A stretch of DNA of 64,000 bases from Gemmatimonadota bacterium (GTDB lineage: Bacteria > Gemmatimonadota > Gemmatimonadetes > Gemmatimonadales > GWC2-71-9). The stretch is from NCBI GenBank assembly GCA_016794805.1, contig JAEUJI010000033.1:4769-68768 (forward strand). The letters run 5' to 3'. Positions within the stretch are counted from its first letter, which is position 1. Each line of letters opens with the position of its first letter. Below, in pieces: positions 25,520 through 35,294 of this stretch. Made by a program: the position numbers and the translations under genes. The notes under the pieces were generated by a model. That model made no database searches. It was given only the letters and a program-made list of their open reading frames with translations, and had not been told where the DNA came from.

Positions 25520-26909
25520 CGCCCGCCCGCGCCTCTGGCGCCTGGCCCGCATCGGGCACGACCGGGTGCGGAACCGGCCGGTGCTGCTGTATCCCGAGGG
25601 CGCCATGTTCCTGAACGAGACCGGCAAGGCGATCCTCGAGCTGTGCGACGGCACCCGCAGCGTCGAACAGATCGCGCAGGAACTGGGAACCCGCTACCAG
25701 GCCGATGTGCTGGCGGACGTCAGGGAGTACCTGGCGCTGCTCGGCCGCCGGGATCTGGTCCAGGGCGGCGCACTCCCGTCCGTGCCGGCGCCGGCGCCGC
25801 CCTCCCCCGCCGCCCAGCGGGCCCCGGTCGCGCCGGTCCTCGGCGAGCCCACCACGCTCCTCGCCGAACTCACCTATCGCTGCCCGCTGCACTGCCCCTA
25901 CTGCTCCAACCCGCTCGAGATGTCCCGGGCCGAGGCCGAGCTGTCCACCGACGACTGGAAACGGGTCTTCACCCAGGCCCGCGACCTCGGGGTGCTCCAG
26001 CTGGGACTCTCCGGCGGCGAACCGCTGGTGCGGAAGGACCTCGAGGAGCTGGTGGCCCACGCCCGCCAGGAGGGGCTGTACACCACGCTCGTCACCAGCG
26101 GCCTGGGCCTCACCCGCCAGCGGGCGGAGCGCCTCAAGGCCGCGGGTATCGACCACATCCAGATCTCCTTCCAGGACACCGACCAGGCCAACGCCGATCG
26201 CATCGCGGGTATCAAGCTCGGGCGGCAGAAGCAGGAGGCGGCGTCGCTGGTGAAGGAGCTGGGGCTGGCCTTCTCGGTGAACGTGGTCCTGCACCGCGGC
26301 AACCTCGACCGGCTGGCGGAGATCATCGCCTTTGCGGCGGAGGCGGGCGCCGACCGGCTGGAGCTGGCCAATACCCAGTACTACGGCTGGGCGCTCAAGA
26401 ACCGGGAGATGCTGATGCCGACCCGGGCGCAGGTGGAGCGGTCACGGGTGATTGCGGAGCGCGCGCTGGCGGAGTACCGCGGGCGGATGCAGATCATCTA
26501 TGTCCTGCCGGACTACTACGAGCAGTACCCCAAGCCCTGCTACGGCGGCTGGGGCAACGTGTACATCCTCCTGACTCCCGACGGGCGCGCCCTCCCCTGC
26601 CACGGCGCCACCCAGATCCCCGACCTCGAGTTCGTGGACGTGCGGCGGCACGATCTGGCCTGGATCTGGCGCCAGTCCCCGATCTTCAACGCCTTCCGGG
26701 GCGACCGCTGGATGCAGGAGCCCTGCCGCAGCTGCCCGCGGAAGGGACAGGACTTCGGCGGCTGCCGCTGCCAGGCGTTTGCGCTCACCGGGGACGCGCG
26801 TGCCACCGATCCGGTGTGCAGCCTCTCGCCGAACCACGGGATCATCGAGGCGGCGCTCACCGAGACCACGGCGCCGCTGGAGTATGTGTACCGGGAGGTG
26901 GGGAGGTAG
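25503..26909 (+). CDS. pqqDE: PqqD-PqqE fusion (peptide chaperone plus radical-SAM enzyme)
   Basis: The N-terminal ~90 aa are PqqD-like (VLLYPEGAMFLNETGKAILELCDGTRSVEQIAQEL). A Pro/Ala linker follows, then radical SAM CPLHCPYC and a SPASM-type C-terminus. One uninterrupted frame. Confidence 0.88.
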   Translation: MPIATDARPRLWRLARIGHDRVRNRPVLLYPEGAMFLNETGKAILELCDGTRSVEQIAQELGTRYQADVLADVREYLALLGRRDLVQGGALPSVPAPAPPSPAAQRAPVAPVLGEPTTLLAELTYRCPLHCPYCSNPLEMSRAEAELSTDDWKRVFTQARDLGVLQLGLSGGEPLVRKDLEELVAHARQEGLYTTLVTSGLGLTRQRAERLKAAGIDHIQISFQDTDQANADRIAGIKLGRQKQEAASLVKELGLAFSVNVVLHRGNLDRLAEIIAFAAEAGADRLELANTQYYGWALKNREMLMPTRAQVERSRVIAERALAEYRGRMQIIYVLPDYYEQYPKPCYGGWGNVYILLTPDGRALPCHGATQIPDLEFVDVRRHDLAWIWRQSPIFNAFRGDRWMQEPCRSCPRKGQDFGGCRCQAFALTGDARATDPVCSLSPNHGIIEAALTETTAPLEYVYREVGR

Positions 26910-26924
26910 GGCGGCAGGGCGGCC

Positions 26925-27713
26925 CTACCGGCACCCCTCCCCCGCCGCCACCCGCGCCACCGTCACCTGCTGCTGGATCCGGGTGCGGAAGGGCTGTTTC
27001 ACCACCTCGCCTGCGGGCACCTCGACATCCACCGTGATGGTCCGCTCCCACCGCACCAGCCCCACGTCCGGGGCCCATTCATAGCTGCCCCGCTCGCTTT
27101 CCCGCCGCTGCGCCACCACCTCGCTCGAATCCGGCAGCAGCCGCCTCTCCTCCCGCTCCAGGCGGCGGGTCAGGCGATAGCGCTCGACCCGCCGTCCATC
27201 CCGGGTCCCGTCCGGCATCCGCTGGATCACCGTGCCGAAGCCGTCCCGCCACCCCGCCCCCGGCTGGAGCGGCACCGGGGGCAGCGGCGGCAGCAATTCC
27301 ACGAGGGCGTCGCTGACGTCGGCAACCTGGGCCACATCATCGGGGATGAAGGGGGTCTCAGTCGAGGTGAACCCACCCGACCGGGTGAGCAGGCCGGCAT
27401 AGCGGCCGCCGATGAGGCCGTCGGTCTCGGGGACGAGCCGTTCGCCGGCCCCTTCCCGGGCCACCACCAGGGAATCGAACCAGGCCTCGAGCTGGATGAG
27501 CGTGTCCCGCGCCTCGGCTCGCAGCCGGAGCCGGCCGTCCCGCTCGGAGGTTTCCCGGCTGCGCTGGCCGCGGCTCTCGAGTTCGATCGTGGAATGGACC
27601 GACTGGCGGTAGGTGGAACAGTCCAGCTGCAGCCGGTGATACTGCGGCCCGGACTGGGCCTCGAGGGTGCCGGCGGTGAGGACACAGGCCAGCGCGGGCG
27701 CGATCCCCTTCAC
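26925..27713 (-). CDS. hypothetical exported protein
   Basis: GTG 27713 in a GTGA overlap with the upstream small ORF. Hydrophobic N-terminus VKGIAPALACVLTAGTLEAQ. No family recognised. Confidence 0.45.
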   Translation of the reverse strand: MKGIAPALACVLTAGTLEAQSGPQYHRLQLDCSTYRQSVHSTIELESRGQRSRETSERDGRLRLRAEARDTLIQLEAWFDSLVVAREGAGERLVPETDGLIGGRYAGLLTRSGGFTSTETPFIPDDVAQVADVSDALVELLPPLPPVPLQPGAGWRDGFGTVIQRMPDGTRDGRRVERYRLTRRLEREERRLLPDSSEVVAQRRESERGSYEWAPDVGLVRWERTITVDVEVPAGEVVKQPFRTRIQQQVTVARVAAGEGCR

Positions 27714-27880
27714 CGCTGCCGGCGCCCGCTGCCACCACCTCCCCCACCGCCGCCGCGCCCCCCCGGGCCCAGCATCATGACCAGGGCGGCAATGGCCGCC
27801 GCCGCGAGGATCCCCATCAGGGTGAACAGGAAGATGCGGCGTCCCCGGCCGGGCCGCCGGAGCGGCTTGCCATCGGGCAT
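27710..27880 (-). CDS. possible small membrane protein with a poly-Gly tail (56 aa)
   Basis: [50 protein letters not shown]... One TM helix. The call rests only on this helix and the start/stop coupling. Confidence 0.3.
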   Translation of the reverse strand: MPDGKPLRRPGRGRRIFLFTLMGILAAAAIAALVMMLGPGGRGGGGGGGGSGRRQR

Positions 27881-27949
27881 CAGAACCGGGATATCTCCGG
27901 CAGAGCTCTTCCGTATTCGACCCACGAATCGTCCTCTCTGGGAGGTCAG

Positions 27950-29257
27950 GTGATAATGCCACCCTCGGTCCTCGCGCGCTACATCCTCCCGCTGGCGCTG
28001 GTGGCGCTGCCCGCCGTGGCGCAGGAGGCACCGGCGCGCACCCTCATCCACGCCGGGCGGCTGATCGATGGCGTGGCCGAACAGGCCCTGCCCGACCAGG
28101 GCATCCTTGTCGAAGGTGAGCGGATCGTCCGGGTCGGACCATGGGCGGAACTGCGAACGGCCGATGCCGGGGCCACGATACTCGACCTGAGCGGGATGAC
28201 GGTGCTGCCCGGCCTCATCGACAACCATACCCACGTCCTGCTCCAGGGCGACATCACCAGCGAGGACTACGACGAGCAGCTGCTCAAGGAGTCCATCCCC
28301 TACCGGACCATCCGGGCCACGATGGCGGCCCGGACGGCGCTGGACCACGGATTCACCACCCTGCGGGACCTCGAGACCGAGGGCGCGATGTACGCCGACG
28401 TGGACCTGCGCACCGCGATCAACCGGGGCGTGATCCCCGGCCCGCGGCTCTTCGTCGCGACCCGGGCGTTCAGCGCCACCGGCATGTATCCCCTCTCCGG
28501 CTACTCCTGGGAACTGAAGGTGCCGGAGGGGGTGCAGATCGTGGACGGGGTGGACAACATCCGGCGCGCGGTGCGGGAGCAGGTCAAGTACGGCGCCGAC
28601 TGGATCAAGGTGTACGTGGACCGGCGGTACTACATCGGGGAGGACGGCCGGCTGCACAGCTGGCTCAACTTCACCGAGGAGGAGCTCCGCACCTTCGTGG
28701 AGGAGGCCCACCGGCTCGGGCGGAAGGCCGCGGCGCACGCGATCGGCTGGGACGGGATCGATGCGGCCCTCCGCGCCGGGTTCAACACCATCGAGCACGG
28801 CGTCGGGCTCACCCCCGACCTGATGGATCGCATGGTCCGCCAGAAGGTGTACTGGTGCCCCACGATCTATGTCGTCGCGTACGTCGCGGAAGGGCGCGGC
28901 GGGATCTGGCCCCGGCTGGTGGACATCGAGCGCCAGGCGTTCGGCGAGGCCCTGAAGCGCGGCATGCTGCCGTACATCTCCTACGGCACCGACGCCGGGG
29001 GGTACGCCTGGACCGAGCCCCAGGCGCGGGAACTGGCCTACATGGTCCGATACGGCATGACGCCGATGCAGGCCATCCGCTCCGCCACCAGCGTCGCGGC
29101 CCGGCTGCTGGACCAGTCCCGCAACCTCGGCGCCGTGGTCGCGGGGCGCTATGCGGACCTGATCGCGGTGCGTGGGGATCCACTGGCCGATATCAGCGAG
29201 CTGGAGCGGGTACGGTTCGTGATGAAGGGCGGCGCGACGGTGCGCCTCGAGCGCTGA
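27950..29257 (+). CDS. secreted amidohydrolase-family metallohydrolase
   Basis: Signal peptide and GLIDNHTHV metal motif; length and pattern of the amidohydrolase superfamily. The start could instead be ATG 27956. Confidence 0.85.
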   Translation: MIMPPSVLARYILPLALVALPAVAQEAPARTLIHAGRLIDGVAEQALPDQGILVEGERIVRVGPWAELRTADAGATILDLSGMTVLPGLIDNHTHVLLQGDITSEDYDEQLLKESIPYRTIRATMAARTALDHGFTTLRDLETEGAMYADVDLRTAINRGVIPGPRLFVATRAFSATGMYPLSGYSWELKVPEGVQIVDGVDNIRRAVREQVKYGADWIKVYVDRRYYIGEDGRLHSWLNFTEEELRTFVEEAHRLGRKAAAHAIGWDGIDAALRAGFNTIEHGVGLTPDLMDRMVRQKVYWCPTIYVVAYVAEGRGGIWPRLVDIERQAFGEALKRGMLPYISYGTDAGGYAWTEPQARELAYMVRYGMTPMQAIRSATSVAARLLDQSRNLGAVVAGRYADLIAVRGDPLADISELERVRFVMKGGATVRLER

Positions 29258-29272
29258 CCGCGGGGGTGGCCC

Positions 29273-29872
29273 TCAGGGGGCCGTGGCGAAGGTCACGTCC
29301 AGCCGCACCACGATGTCCTCATGCATCCGGATGGTGCCGAGGAACTTGGTGAGCCCGCCAATCCGGTAGTCCTTGAGGTTGAGCGGCGTGCTCCCCTCCA
29401 CCCGGACCTGATCCGCGGTGATCGTCACCCGGGCCGGGATCTCCGCCTCCCGCGTTACACCGTGGATCAGGAATCGCCCCAGGAGGGTGACCTGGGCGGT
29501 ATCACCGCTCCAGACCCCCGGGGTGACGCCGGTGAGCTCGTAGCGGATCATCGGGTACTTGTCCGACTCCATGGACTTGTTCATGTCCGTGTCCCGCTTC
29601 CCCTTCCCGGTCCGGAGGGTGCGGACCGGCGCCTCCACCCACCCCTGCACCGAAGCGAGGTCGGGGCCACCGGAGAACTCGCCGGTCACCGCGGTCGTGG
29701 TACCGGTGAAGTCTCCCAGGGTGGCGCGGCCGTCGAAGCTCAGCACCCCCGACACGACGGTGCCTGGGGACACCGGCACCTGCGCGCCCGCGCCGACCGG
29801 CAGGGTTGTGATACCGACCAGCAGCGCGAGCGCCAGCGGCCGGTGGAGGCGCCGTGCCGCGGCCACGCTCAC
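29273..29872 (-). CDS. YceI-family periplasmic protein
   Basis: Signal peptide. GKGKRDTDMNKSMESDKYPMIRYE...FLIHGVTRE is a YceI-like pattern. GTG start in a GTGA overlap with the pruA stop. Confidence 0.8.
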   Translation of the reverse strand: MSVAAARRLHRPLALALLVGITTLPVGAGAQVPVSPGTVVSGVLSFDGRATLGDFTGTTTAVTGEFSGGPDLASVQGWVEAPVRTLRTGKGKRDTDMNKSMESDKYPMIRYELTGVTPGVWSGDTAQVTLLGRFLIHGVTREAEIPARVTITADQVRVEGSTPLNLKDYRIGGLTKFLGTIRMHEDIVVRLDVTFATAP

Positions 29873-31497
29873 TCGGCACCCATGAACGGGTAGCGGTAGT
29901 CCTTCGGCGGGACGAACGTCTCCTTGATGCTCCGGGGAGAGACCCAGCGCACCAGGTTGAGGATCGAGCCCGCCTTGTCGTTGGTGCCGCTGGCGCGCGC
30001 GCCGCCGAATGGCTGCTGCCCCACCACCGCCCCGGTCGGCTTGTCGTTCACGTAGTAGTTGCCGGCCGCGTGCCGCAGCGCCTGGTCCGCCTCGGCCAGG
30101 GCGCGCCGGTCCTGCGCGAACACCGCGCCGGTGAGGGCGTAGGGGCTGGTCTGGTCCACCAGGGTGAGCGTCTCGGCCCAGCGGGCATCGGGATAGACGT
30201 AGAGGGTGAGCACCGGACCGAACAGCTCCTCGCACATCGTGCGATAGGTCGGGTCCTCCACCTGGAGCAGCGTCGGCTCCACGAAGTACCCCGTCTCCAT
30301 GCTGGCATTGCCGCCGGCCAGCACCGTGACCCCCGGATCTTTCTTTGCCTGGGCCAGGTATCCGGTGAGCCGGTCCCACGCCCGCCGGTCAATGACGGCG
30401 CCCATGAAGTTGCGGAAATCGCGAACGTCTCCCATGCGGATCTCGGCCAGCATCGCCAGCACCCGCTCCTTCACCCGCGGCCACAGGCTGGCGGGGACGT
30501 AGGCCCGCGAGGCCGCGCTGCACTTCTGCCCCTGGTACTCGAAAGCCCCCCGCACCAGCGCCACCGCCAGCGCGTCCGCGTCGGCACTCGGGTGCGCCAG
30601 CACGAAGTCCTTGCCCCCCGTTTCCCCCACGATGCGGGGATACCCGGCGTAGGTCGGCAGGTTCTGCCCCACCGTGCGCCAGAGCGACTGGAACACCGCC
30701 GTGGATCCGGTGAAGTGGATCCCCGCGAGCCCCCGGTCCGCCAGCAGCGCGTTGCTCACCGCGACCGAGTCGCCCGAGACGAAGTTGATCACCCCCGGCG
30801 GGAGCCCGGCCTCCTCCAGCACTTTCATCACGTAGTAGTTGCTGAGCAGCGCCGTGTGCGCCGGCTTCCAGATGGCCACGTTCCCCATGATCGCCGGCGC
30901 CGTCGGCAGGTTGCCGCCGATCGCGGTGAAGTTGAACGGGGTGATGGCGTAGACGAATCCCTCCAGCGGCCGGTGCTCCATCCGGTTCCAGGTGAGCGGC
31001 GCGGAGGCGGGCTGCTCCCGCATCAACTGCTCGGCGAAGTAGACGTTGAAGCGCCAGAAGTCGATCAGCTCGCAGGCGCTGTCGATCTCCGCCTGGAATG
31101 CGGTCTTGCTCTGCCCCAGCATCGTGGCGGCGTTCACCCGCGCCCGCCACGGGCCGGCGAGCAGGTCCGCCGCCTTGAGGAAGACGGCGGCCCGGTCCTC
31201 GAACCGCATGGCCGACCAGGTGCGCCACCCCGCCTTCGCGGACGCGATGGCGGACTGGATCGTGGCCGCGTCCGCCGGGAAGGCCCGGGCCAGCACCCGG
31301 CGGTGATCGTGCGGACTGACCACCGGGCTGGGTTCGCCGGTCCGGATCTCCTTCCCCCCCACGATGACCGGGATCTCGACCGTCTCCCCGGCCATCCGCT
31401 CCAGCTCCGCCTTCAGCGTGGCGCGCTCGGCGCTGCCAGGGGCGTATCCGAGCACAGGCTCATTGGCGGGACGGGGAATGTTGCTGCTGCCGTTCAT
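29869..31497 (-). CDS. pruA: L-glutamate gamma-semialdehyde (P5C) dehydrogenase
   Basis: ALDH fold with FTGSTAVF and GETGGKDF...EYQGQKCSA catalytic Glu/Cys; 542 aa PruA-type. Confidence 0.9.
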   Translation of the reverse strand: MNGSSNIPRPANEPVLGYAPGSAERATLKAELERMAGETVEIPVIVGGKEIRTGEPSPVVSPHDHRRVLARAFPADAATIQSAIASAKAGWRTWSAMRFEDRAAVFLKAADLLAGPWRARVNAATMLGQSKTAFQAEIDSACELIDFWRFNVYFAEQLMREQPASAPLTWNRMEHRPLEGFVYAITPFNFTAIGGNLPTAPAIMGNVAIWKPAHTALLSNYYVMKVLEEAGLPPGVINFVSGDSVAVSNALLADRGLAGIHFTGSTAVFQSLWRTVGQNLPTYAGYPRIVGETGGKDFVLAHPSADADALAVALVRGAFEYQGQKCSAASRAYVPASLWPRVKERVLAMLAEIRMGDVRDFRNFMGAVIDRRAWDRLTGYLAQAKKDPGVTVLAGGNASMETGYFVEPTLLQVEDPTYRTMCEELFGPVLTLYVYPDARWAETLTLVDQTSPYALTGAVFAQDRRALAEADQALRHAAGNYYVNDKPTGAVVGQQPFGGARASGTNDKAGSILNLVRWVSPRSIKETFVPPKDYRYPFMGAE

Positions 31498-31667
31498 CGG
31501 GCTCTGCCAGGGTCGAGGAGGCGGGAGATTAGCGCCCCCGGCACGAGGCGAGCAAGTCTTGGCCGGCGCGGCGTCCCAGCATGCCCCGCCCTTCCCAGCG
31601 CCGGTGGGAAGCCGTAAGCTCGTGCCCGTCGCCCCCCCCTCTACGCCGGTACCGGAGCCCCGCGACC

Positions 31668-32984
31668 ATGCCCCCTGCTCGCTCCTCGATCACCATGCTC
31701 TGCCTGCTGACGACCCTCGGCGGCTGCGGTACGCGGCAGGGGGTCGCCAGCCGCCCGGCGGGGCCGCTGCCCGAGGTTCGGCCGGGCGGAGACACCCAGT
31801 TCCCACTCGACGGCGGCGCCCTCACCGTGGGGCAGCTGCAGACCCAGCTCATGGCCTATGCCGATCGCGCCATGGGCGAGGTGGCGCGCGCCACCGCAGC
31901 CGCGCGCCTCCGCGACAGCTCGCCCGAGACCCGGCTCCTCACCCAGCTGGTGCAGGCGGAGGTCGGTTCGAGCGCGGTCGCGCTGGCCGTGGGCCCCGAT
32001 CCCGAAGCCGCGCTGCTCGACCTCATGGTCTCCGCCGCGGCCCAGAGGGGCGCGCTGTCGGCGCCAGCCGGCAGCAAGGCCATCACGGGGGCCGAGCGCG
32101 AGCCCCTGGAACAGGCCCTGGACCGGCTGGAGCAGGACATCTGGTCCCTGGGCGCGCGCGTCTACTCCGCCGCCGAGCTGGAGGGCCTGCGGTCGCGGGT
32201 GACACGGTGGTCGGAGACCCACCGGGGTGAGGCCTTTCCCGGAGTGCTGCGCCTGGCCGACCTCCCGGCGGCAGGTCCCGGTGCCCGCGCCAGGGGGCTC
32301 TTTGCGCCGATCGAAGCCGCCACCCGGGAGATCGAGGAGAGCCGCCTGCTGGGCGAGCGTTTCCTTTTCCTGGCGCAACGGCTCCCGGTGCTCTCCCGCT
32401 GGCAGGCGGAGGCGCTGAGCTGGGAAGCGATGGCTGCGCCCGAAGCGCGCCAGGCCCTCGCCGGGCTCGGGCTCATCTCCAGCAGCATGGCCCGCCTCTC
32501 CGCCCAGGCCGAAAGCCTGCCGGCGCTCCTGGGCAGTCAGCGCGAGGCGCTGCTCGCCGCCTTTGACGACCGCTCGGGCACGCTGCGCACCCTGCTCCGG
32601 GAGGCGGGCGTGGTCACCCGCGACGGGCGCTCCCTGGCGGAGTCGGGAGAGCGCCTCATGGCCCTTTCCAGGGAAACCGCCGCCACCCTGGGCGAGACGA
32701 TCCGGGCCGCCGACCGCCTCGCGGCGAGCCTGCGGGATCCGCAGGCACCTGGTGGCGCGCTGTCGTTCGACGTCGAGCGGTACCTCGTGGCGGTGCGGGA
32801 GGTGCGCGCGGCCACCGAGGCGCTCAATGCCGCCGTCGGCCAGGCCGATGGCCTCACCCGCGCCGGGCGCGGCATGGTGGACCACGCCGCGTGGCGCGGG
32901 GCACAACTCCTGGTCCTGGGGTTTGCGCTGCTGCTGGGCTATCGGTGGGCGGCCCCGCGGTTGACGCGGGGCCGGGTGTCGTAG
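31668..32984 (+). CDS. hypothetical lipoprotein, helical, with a C-terminal TM anchor
   Basis: Lipobox LTTLGGC after ATG 31668. Ala/Leu/Arg-rich helical body. Terminal TM LLVLGFALLLGY. Confidence 0.55.
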   Translation: MPPARSSITMLCLLTTLGGCGTRQGVASRPAGPLPEVRPGGDTQFPLDGGALTVGQLQTQLMAYADRAMGEVARATAAARLRDSSPETRLLTQLVQAEVGSSAVALAVGPDPEAALLDLMVSAAAQRGALSAPAGSKAITGAEREPLEQALDRLEQDIWSLGARVYSAAELEGLRSRVTRWSETHRGEAFPGVLRLADLPAAGPGARARGLFAPIEAATREIEESRLLGERFLFLAQRLPVLSRWQAEALSWEAMAAPEARQALAGLGLISSSMARLSAQAESLPALLGSQREALLAAFDDRSGTLRTLLREAGVVTRDGRSLAESGERLMALSRETAATLGETIRAADRLAASLRDPQAPGGALSFDVERYLVAVREVRAATEALNAAVGQADGLTRAGRGMVDHAAWRGAQLLVLGFALLLGYRWAAPRLTRGRVS

Positions 32985-32995
32985 CGGAGCTGGAA

Positions 32996-33484
32996 TCAGT
33001 CGCCGGCGGGCCGGCCTTCCTTCGCGATCACGCCCGGCCATTCACGGTCGGCCTTCTGGAGGTAGCCGGCGCGGTCCGCGTTGAAGCGGCGCTTCACCGA
33101 CTGGCTGTAGTTGAGAATCAGCCGCCCGTCCACGATCTGCCAGGTGTCAATCTCGACCGACGCGGCATACCCGCGTGAGGCCCCGTAGGCGCAGTAGCCC
33201 CCGAAGGCGGGGGCATACTTGGCCGGCTCCGCCGCAAAGGCGTCCCGGTGCCCGGCGCTGGTGAACCGGTAGGTCGCCCCCTGCCAGGTGGCGGTGGGCG
33301 CCGGACTCCCCTTTACCGCGCGGGCCTCGGTGAAGAACGCCACCGGATCGTGCCCCTCGAGCGCGAGGCCCTGCTTGTCGGTGTTGACCAGCACCCTGGC
33401 GGCGGGATCGGGAGACTGACCGGCGAGCGGCATGGCGAGCGACGCGACGGCAATCAGGGAGAGGGCGAGGAAACGGCGGGACAC
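32996..33484 (-). CDS. YHS-domain-containing periplasmic protein
   Basis: Signal peptide. LEGHDPVAFF...YRFTS...FAAEPAKYAPAFGGYCAYG. Confidence 0.75.
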   Translation of the reverse strand: MSRRFLALSLIAVASLAMPLAGQSPDPAARVLVNTDKQGLALEGHDPVAFFTEARAVKGSPAPTATWQGATYRFTSAGHRDAFAAEPAKYAPAFGGYCAYGASRGYAASVEIDTWQIVDGRLILNYSQSVKRRFNADRAGYLQKADREWPGVIAKEGRPAGD

Positions 33485-33565
33485 GGGTGCTCCGGGTTCG
33501 AGTCACCCTTCAACGCGGCAGACGACGAAATGGTTCCCTCCTGGCGGGGGCACGCATTTGCCGGG

Positions 33566-34687
33566 TCAGGCGGTCGGCAGCAGCTCGACGGCGCTGGGTT
33601 GCACCGAGACCGTCCACTGCCGGTCGTAGTGCAGGCAGAGCTTTTCATGGACCAGCTTGGGCACCGCGATCTCCAGGTCGTAGCCCCGCGCCGGCGGCTC
33701 GCCCTCGCCCTCCACCGCGAAACGCAGGGTGAACGCGGCGCCCATATCGACCTCCCCCACCAGGGTGCCCCGGACCAGGTTGGTCTGCCGCTCCCCCCCG
33801 GTGCCGTAGCGGTCCTTCCGCATCAGCCGCACATGTTCGGGCCGGATGAAGAACGGTACCCGGTCGCCGGGGGCGGGGAGCGGACTCCCCGACGGGCCCC
33901 GCGCTGCCACCAGCAGGTACCCCCGCCACACCAGCTGAATCCCCTCGGCGCCGGCGTTGAGCACCACCCCTTCGAGCACGTTCCGGACTCCGAGGGCGGC
34001 GGCCACATGGGCGGACGCCGGACGCGAGAGCACCGCATCCTTGGCCCCCGCCTGCACCACCCGGCCGCGATCGTACACCACGATGTGATCGGCGAGCTGG
34101 CAGGCCTCGGCCAGGTCGTGGGTCACCACCACCGCCGTCTTGCCGAAGCCGCGCAGCATGCCCGCCAGCTCATCCCGCAGGCTCCGGCGGAGGGGGCTGT
34201 CGAGCGCGGCGAGCGGCTCGTCCAGGAGCAGCAGGTCCGGATCCGAGGCCAGCGCCCGGCCCAGCGCCACCCGTTGCTGCTGTCCGCCGGAGAGCGCGGC
34301 CGGCTTGAGCCGGCGGGCATCGCCCAGCTGGAGCCGCGCGACGAGTTCGGCGACCCGCTGGCGCCGGGCGGGGCGCGCCATCCGGTCCAGCCCGAAGCCC
34401 AGGTTTTCCTCCACCGTGAGGTGCGGAAACAGCGCGTAGCCCTGGAACACCGTCCCCAGCCGCCGGTCCCGCGGCGGCCGGTGCACGCCGCGCACCGAGT
34501 CGTACAGCTCCCGCCCGTGCAGCTCCACCCGCCCCCCGTCGGGGCGGATCAGCCCCGCGAGGCACTCGAGCGTCAGCGTCTTGCCGGCCCCCGAGGGCCC
34601 GAAGAGCGCCACGACCCCGGCCGGCGCCGACCACTCGACATCGAGGGTGAACCCCGGAAAGTGCTTGAGCAGTTCGACGTGAAGCAT
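33566..34687 (-). CDS. modC: molybdate-type ABC transporter ATPase with C-terminal TOBE domain (second copy)
   Basis: GPSGAGKT, LSGGQQQRVALGRAL and LLLLDEP motifs, plus a TOBE-like tail of about 130 aa. Confidence 0.8.
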   Translation of the reverse strand: MLHVELLKHFPGFTLDVEWSAPAGVVALFGPSGAGKTLTLECLAGLIRPDGGRVELHGRELYDSVRGVHRPPRDRRLGTVFQGYALFPHLTVEENLGFGLDRMARPARRQRVAELVARLQLGDARRLKPAALSGGQQQRVALGRALASDPDLLLLDEPLAALDSPLRRSLRDELAGMLRGFGKTAVVVTHDLAEACQLADHIVVYDRGRVVQAGAKDAVLSRPASAHVAAALGVRNVLEGVVLNAGAEGIQLVWRGYLLVAARGPSGSPLPAPGDRVPFFIRPEHVRLMRKDRYGTGGERQTNLVRGTLVGEVDMGAAFTLRFAVEGEGEPPARGYDLEIAVPKLVHEKLCLHYDRQWTVSVQPSAVELLPTA

Positions 34688-34691
34688 CGGG

Positions 34692-35294
34692 TCAGCTCAC
34701 CGCGCGGGTCAGCCGGCTGGTGGAGAGCACCAGGATCGCGGCGCAGCCCACGGCCAGCACCCCGAGCGCGCTGAGCGCCGGGGTGGGCGGCAGCGCCCGG
34801 GCCACCAGCAGCGTGAGGGCGATCTCGCCCAGCGCCCGGCAGAAGGCGAGCGCCACCCCGGCGGCCACGCCGCGCCAGGCCAGCGGAAGCGTCACCGCCC
34901 AGAAGAGGCTCCACTCCGAGCGGCCCAATGTCCGCGCGGCCGCCTCGAGCCGGCGGTCCACCCGGGCAAATTCCCCCTGGGCGGAGCGCACGAACATCGC
35001 GAGCGCGCCCGCCCACGCGATGCCGATGGCCATCCTCCAGTCGAGGACCGGGGCGAGCCCCAGCCAGCCGAGGGCCGCCGCCATCCAGGGGTGGCCGGCG
35101 AAGCCCACCGCGCAGTAGCCGAGCAGGGTCGCTGGCAGGACCAAAGGGAGCAGCAGCACCGCCTGCAGCGGCGCCTTGCCCGGAAAGCTGTGCCGGCCCA
35201 GCAGCCAGGCCAGCGGCAGGCCGACCACGAATGCCAGCGCCGTGGCGATCCCGGCGAGGGAGAACAGGAACGCGGCGGGCTCAGTCACGGCCAA
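34692..35294 (-). CDS. modB: molybdate/sulfate-type ABC permease (second copy, short at 200 aa)
   Basis: EAA-loop-like AARTLGRSEWSLFWAVTLPLAWRG; 5 TM. Confidence 0.72.
   Translation of the reverse strand: MAVTEPAAFLFSLAGIATALAFVVGLPLAWLLGRHSFPGKAPLQAVLLLPLVLPATLLGYCAVGFAGHPWMAAALGWLGLAPVLDWRMAIGIAWAGALAMFVRSAQGEFARVDRRLEAAARTLGRSEWSLFWAVTLPLAWRGVAAGVALAFCRALGEIALTLLVARALPPTPALSALGVLAVGCAAILVLSTSRLTRAVS

Noticed and set aside
27710-27880. Possibility that the small TM/poly-Gly ORF and the downstream hypothetical gene (26925-27713) are one gene broken by a frameshift in the G7/C7 run at 27758-27764.
   Set aside because: The two frames meet in a clean GTGA stop/start overlap. The downstream protein has its own hydrophobic N-terminus. 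The frameshifted join would create an Arg/Trp-rich junk linker. I kept them as two genes, the small one at low confidence.
31539-31554. CGGCACG-AGGC-GAGCA, a further sigma-54-like box upstream of the lipoprotein gene.
   Set aside because: The -12 region lacks the T residues, and GG-N10-GC matches are frequent by chance at this GC content. It is too weak to report as a feature.
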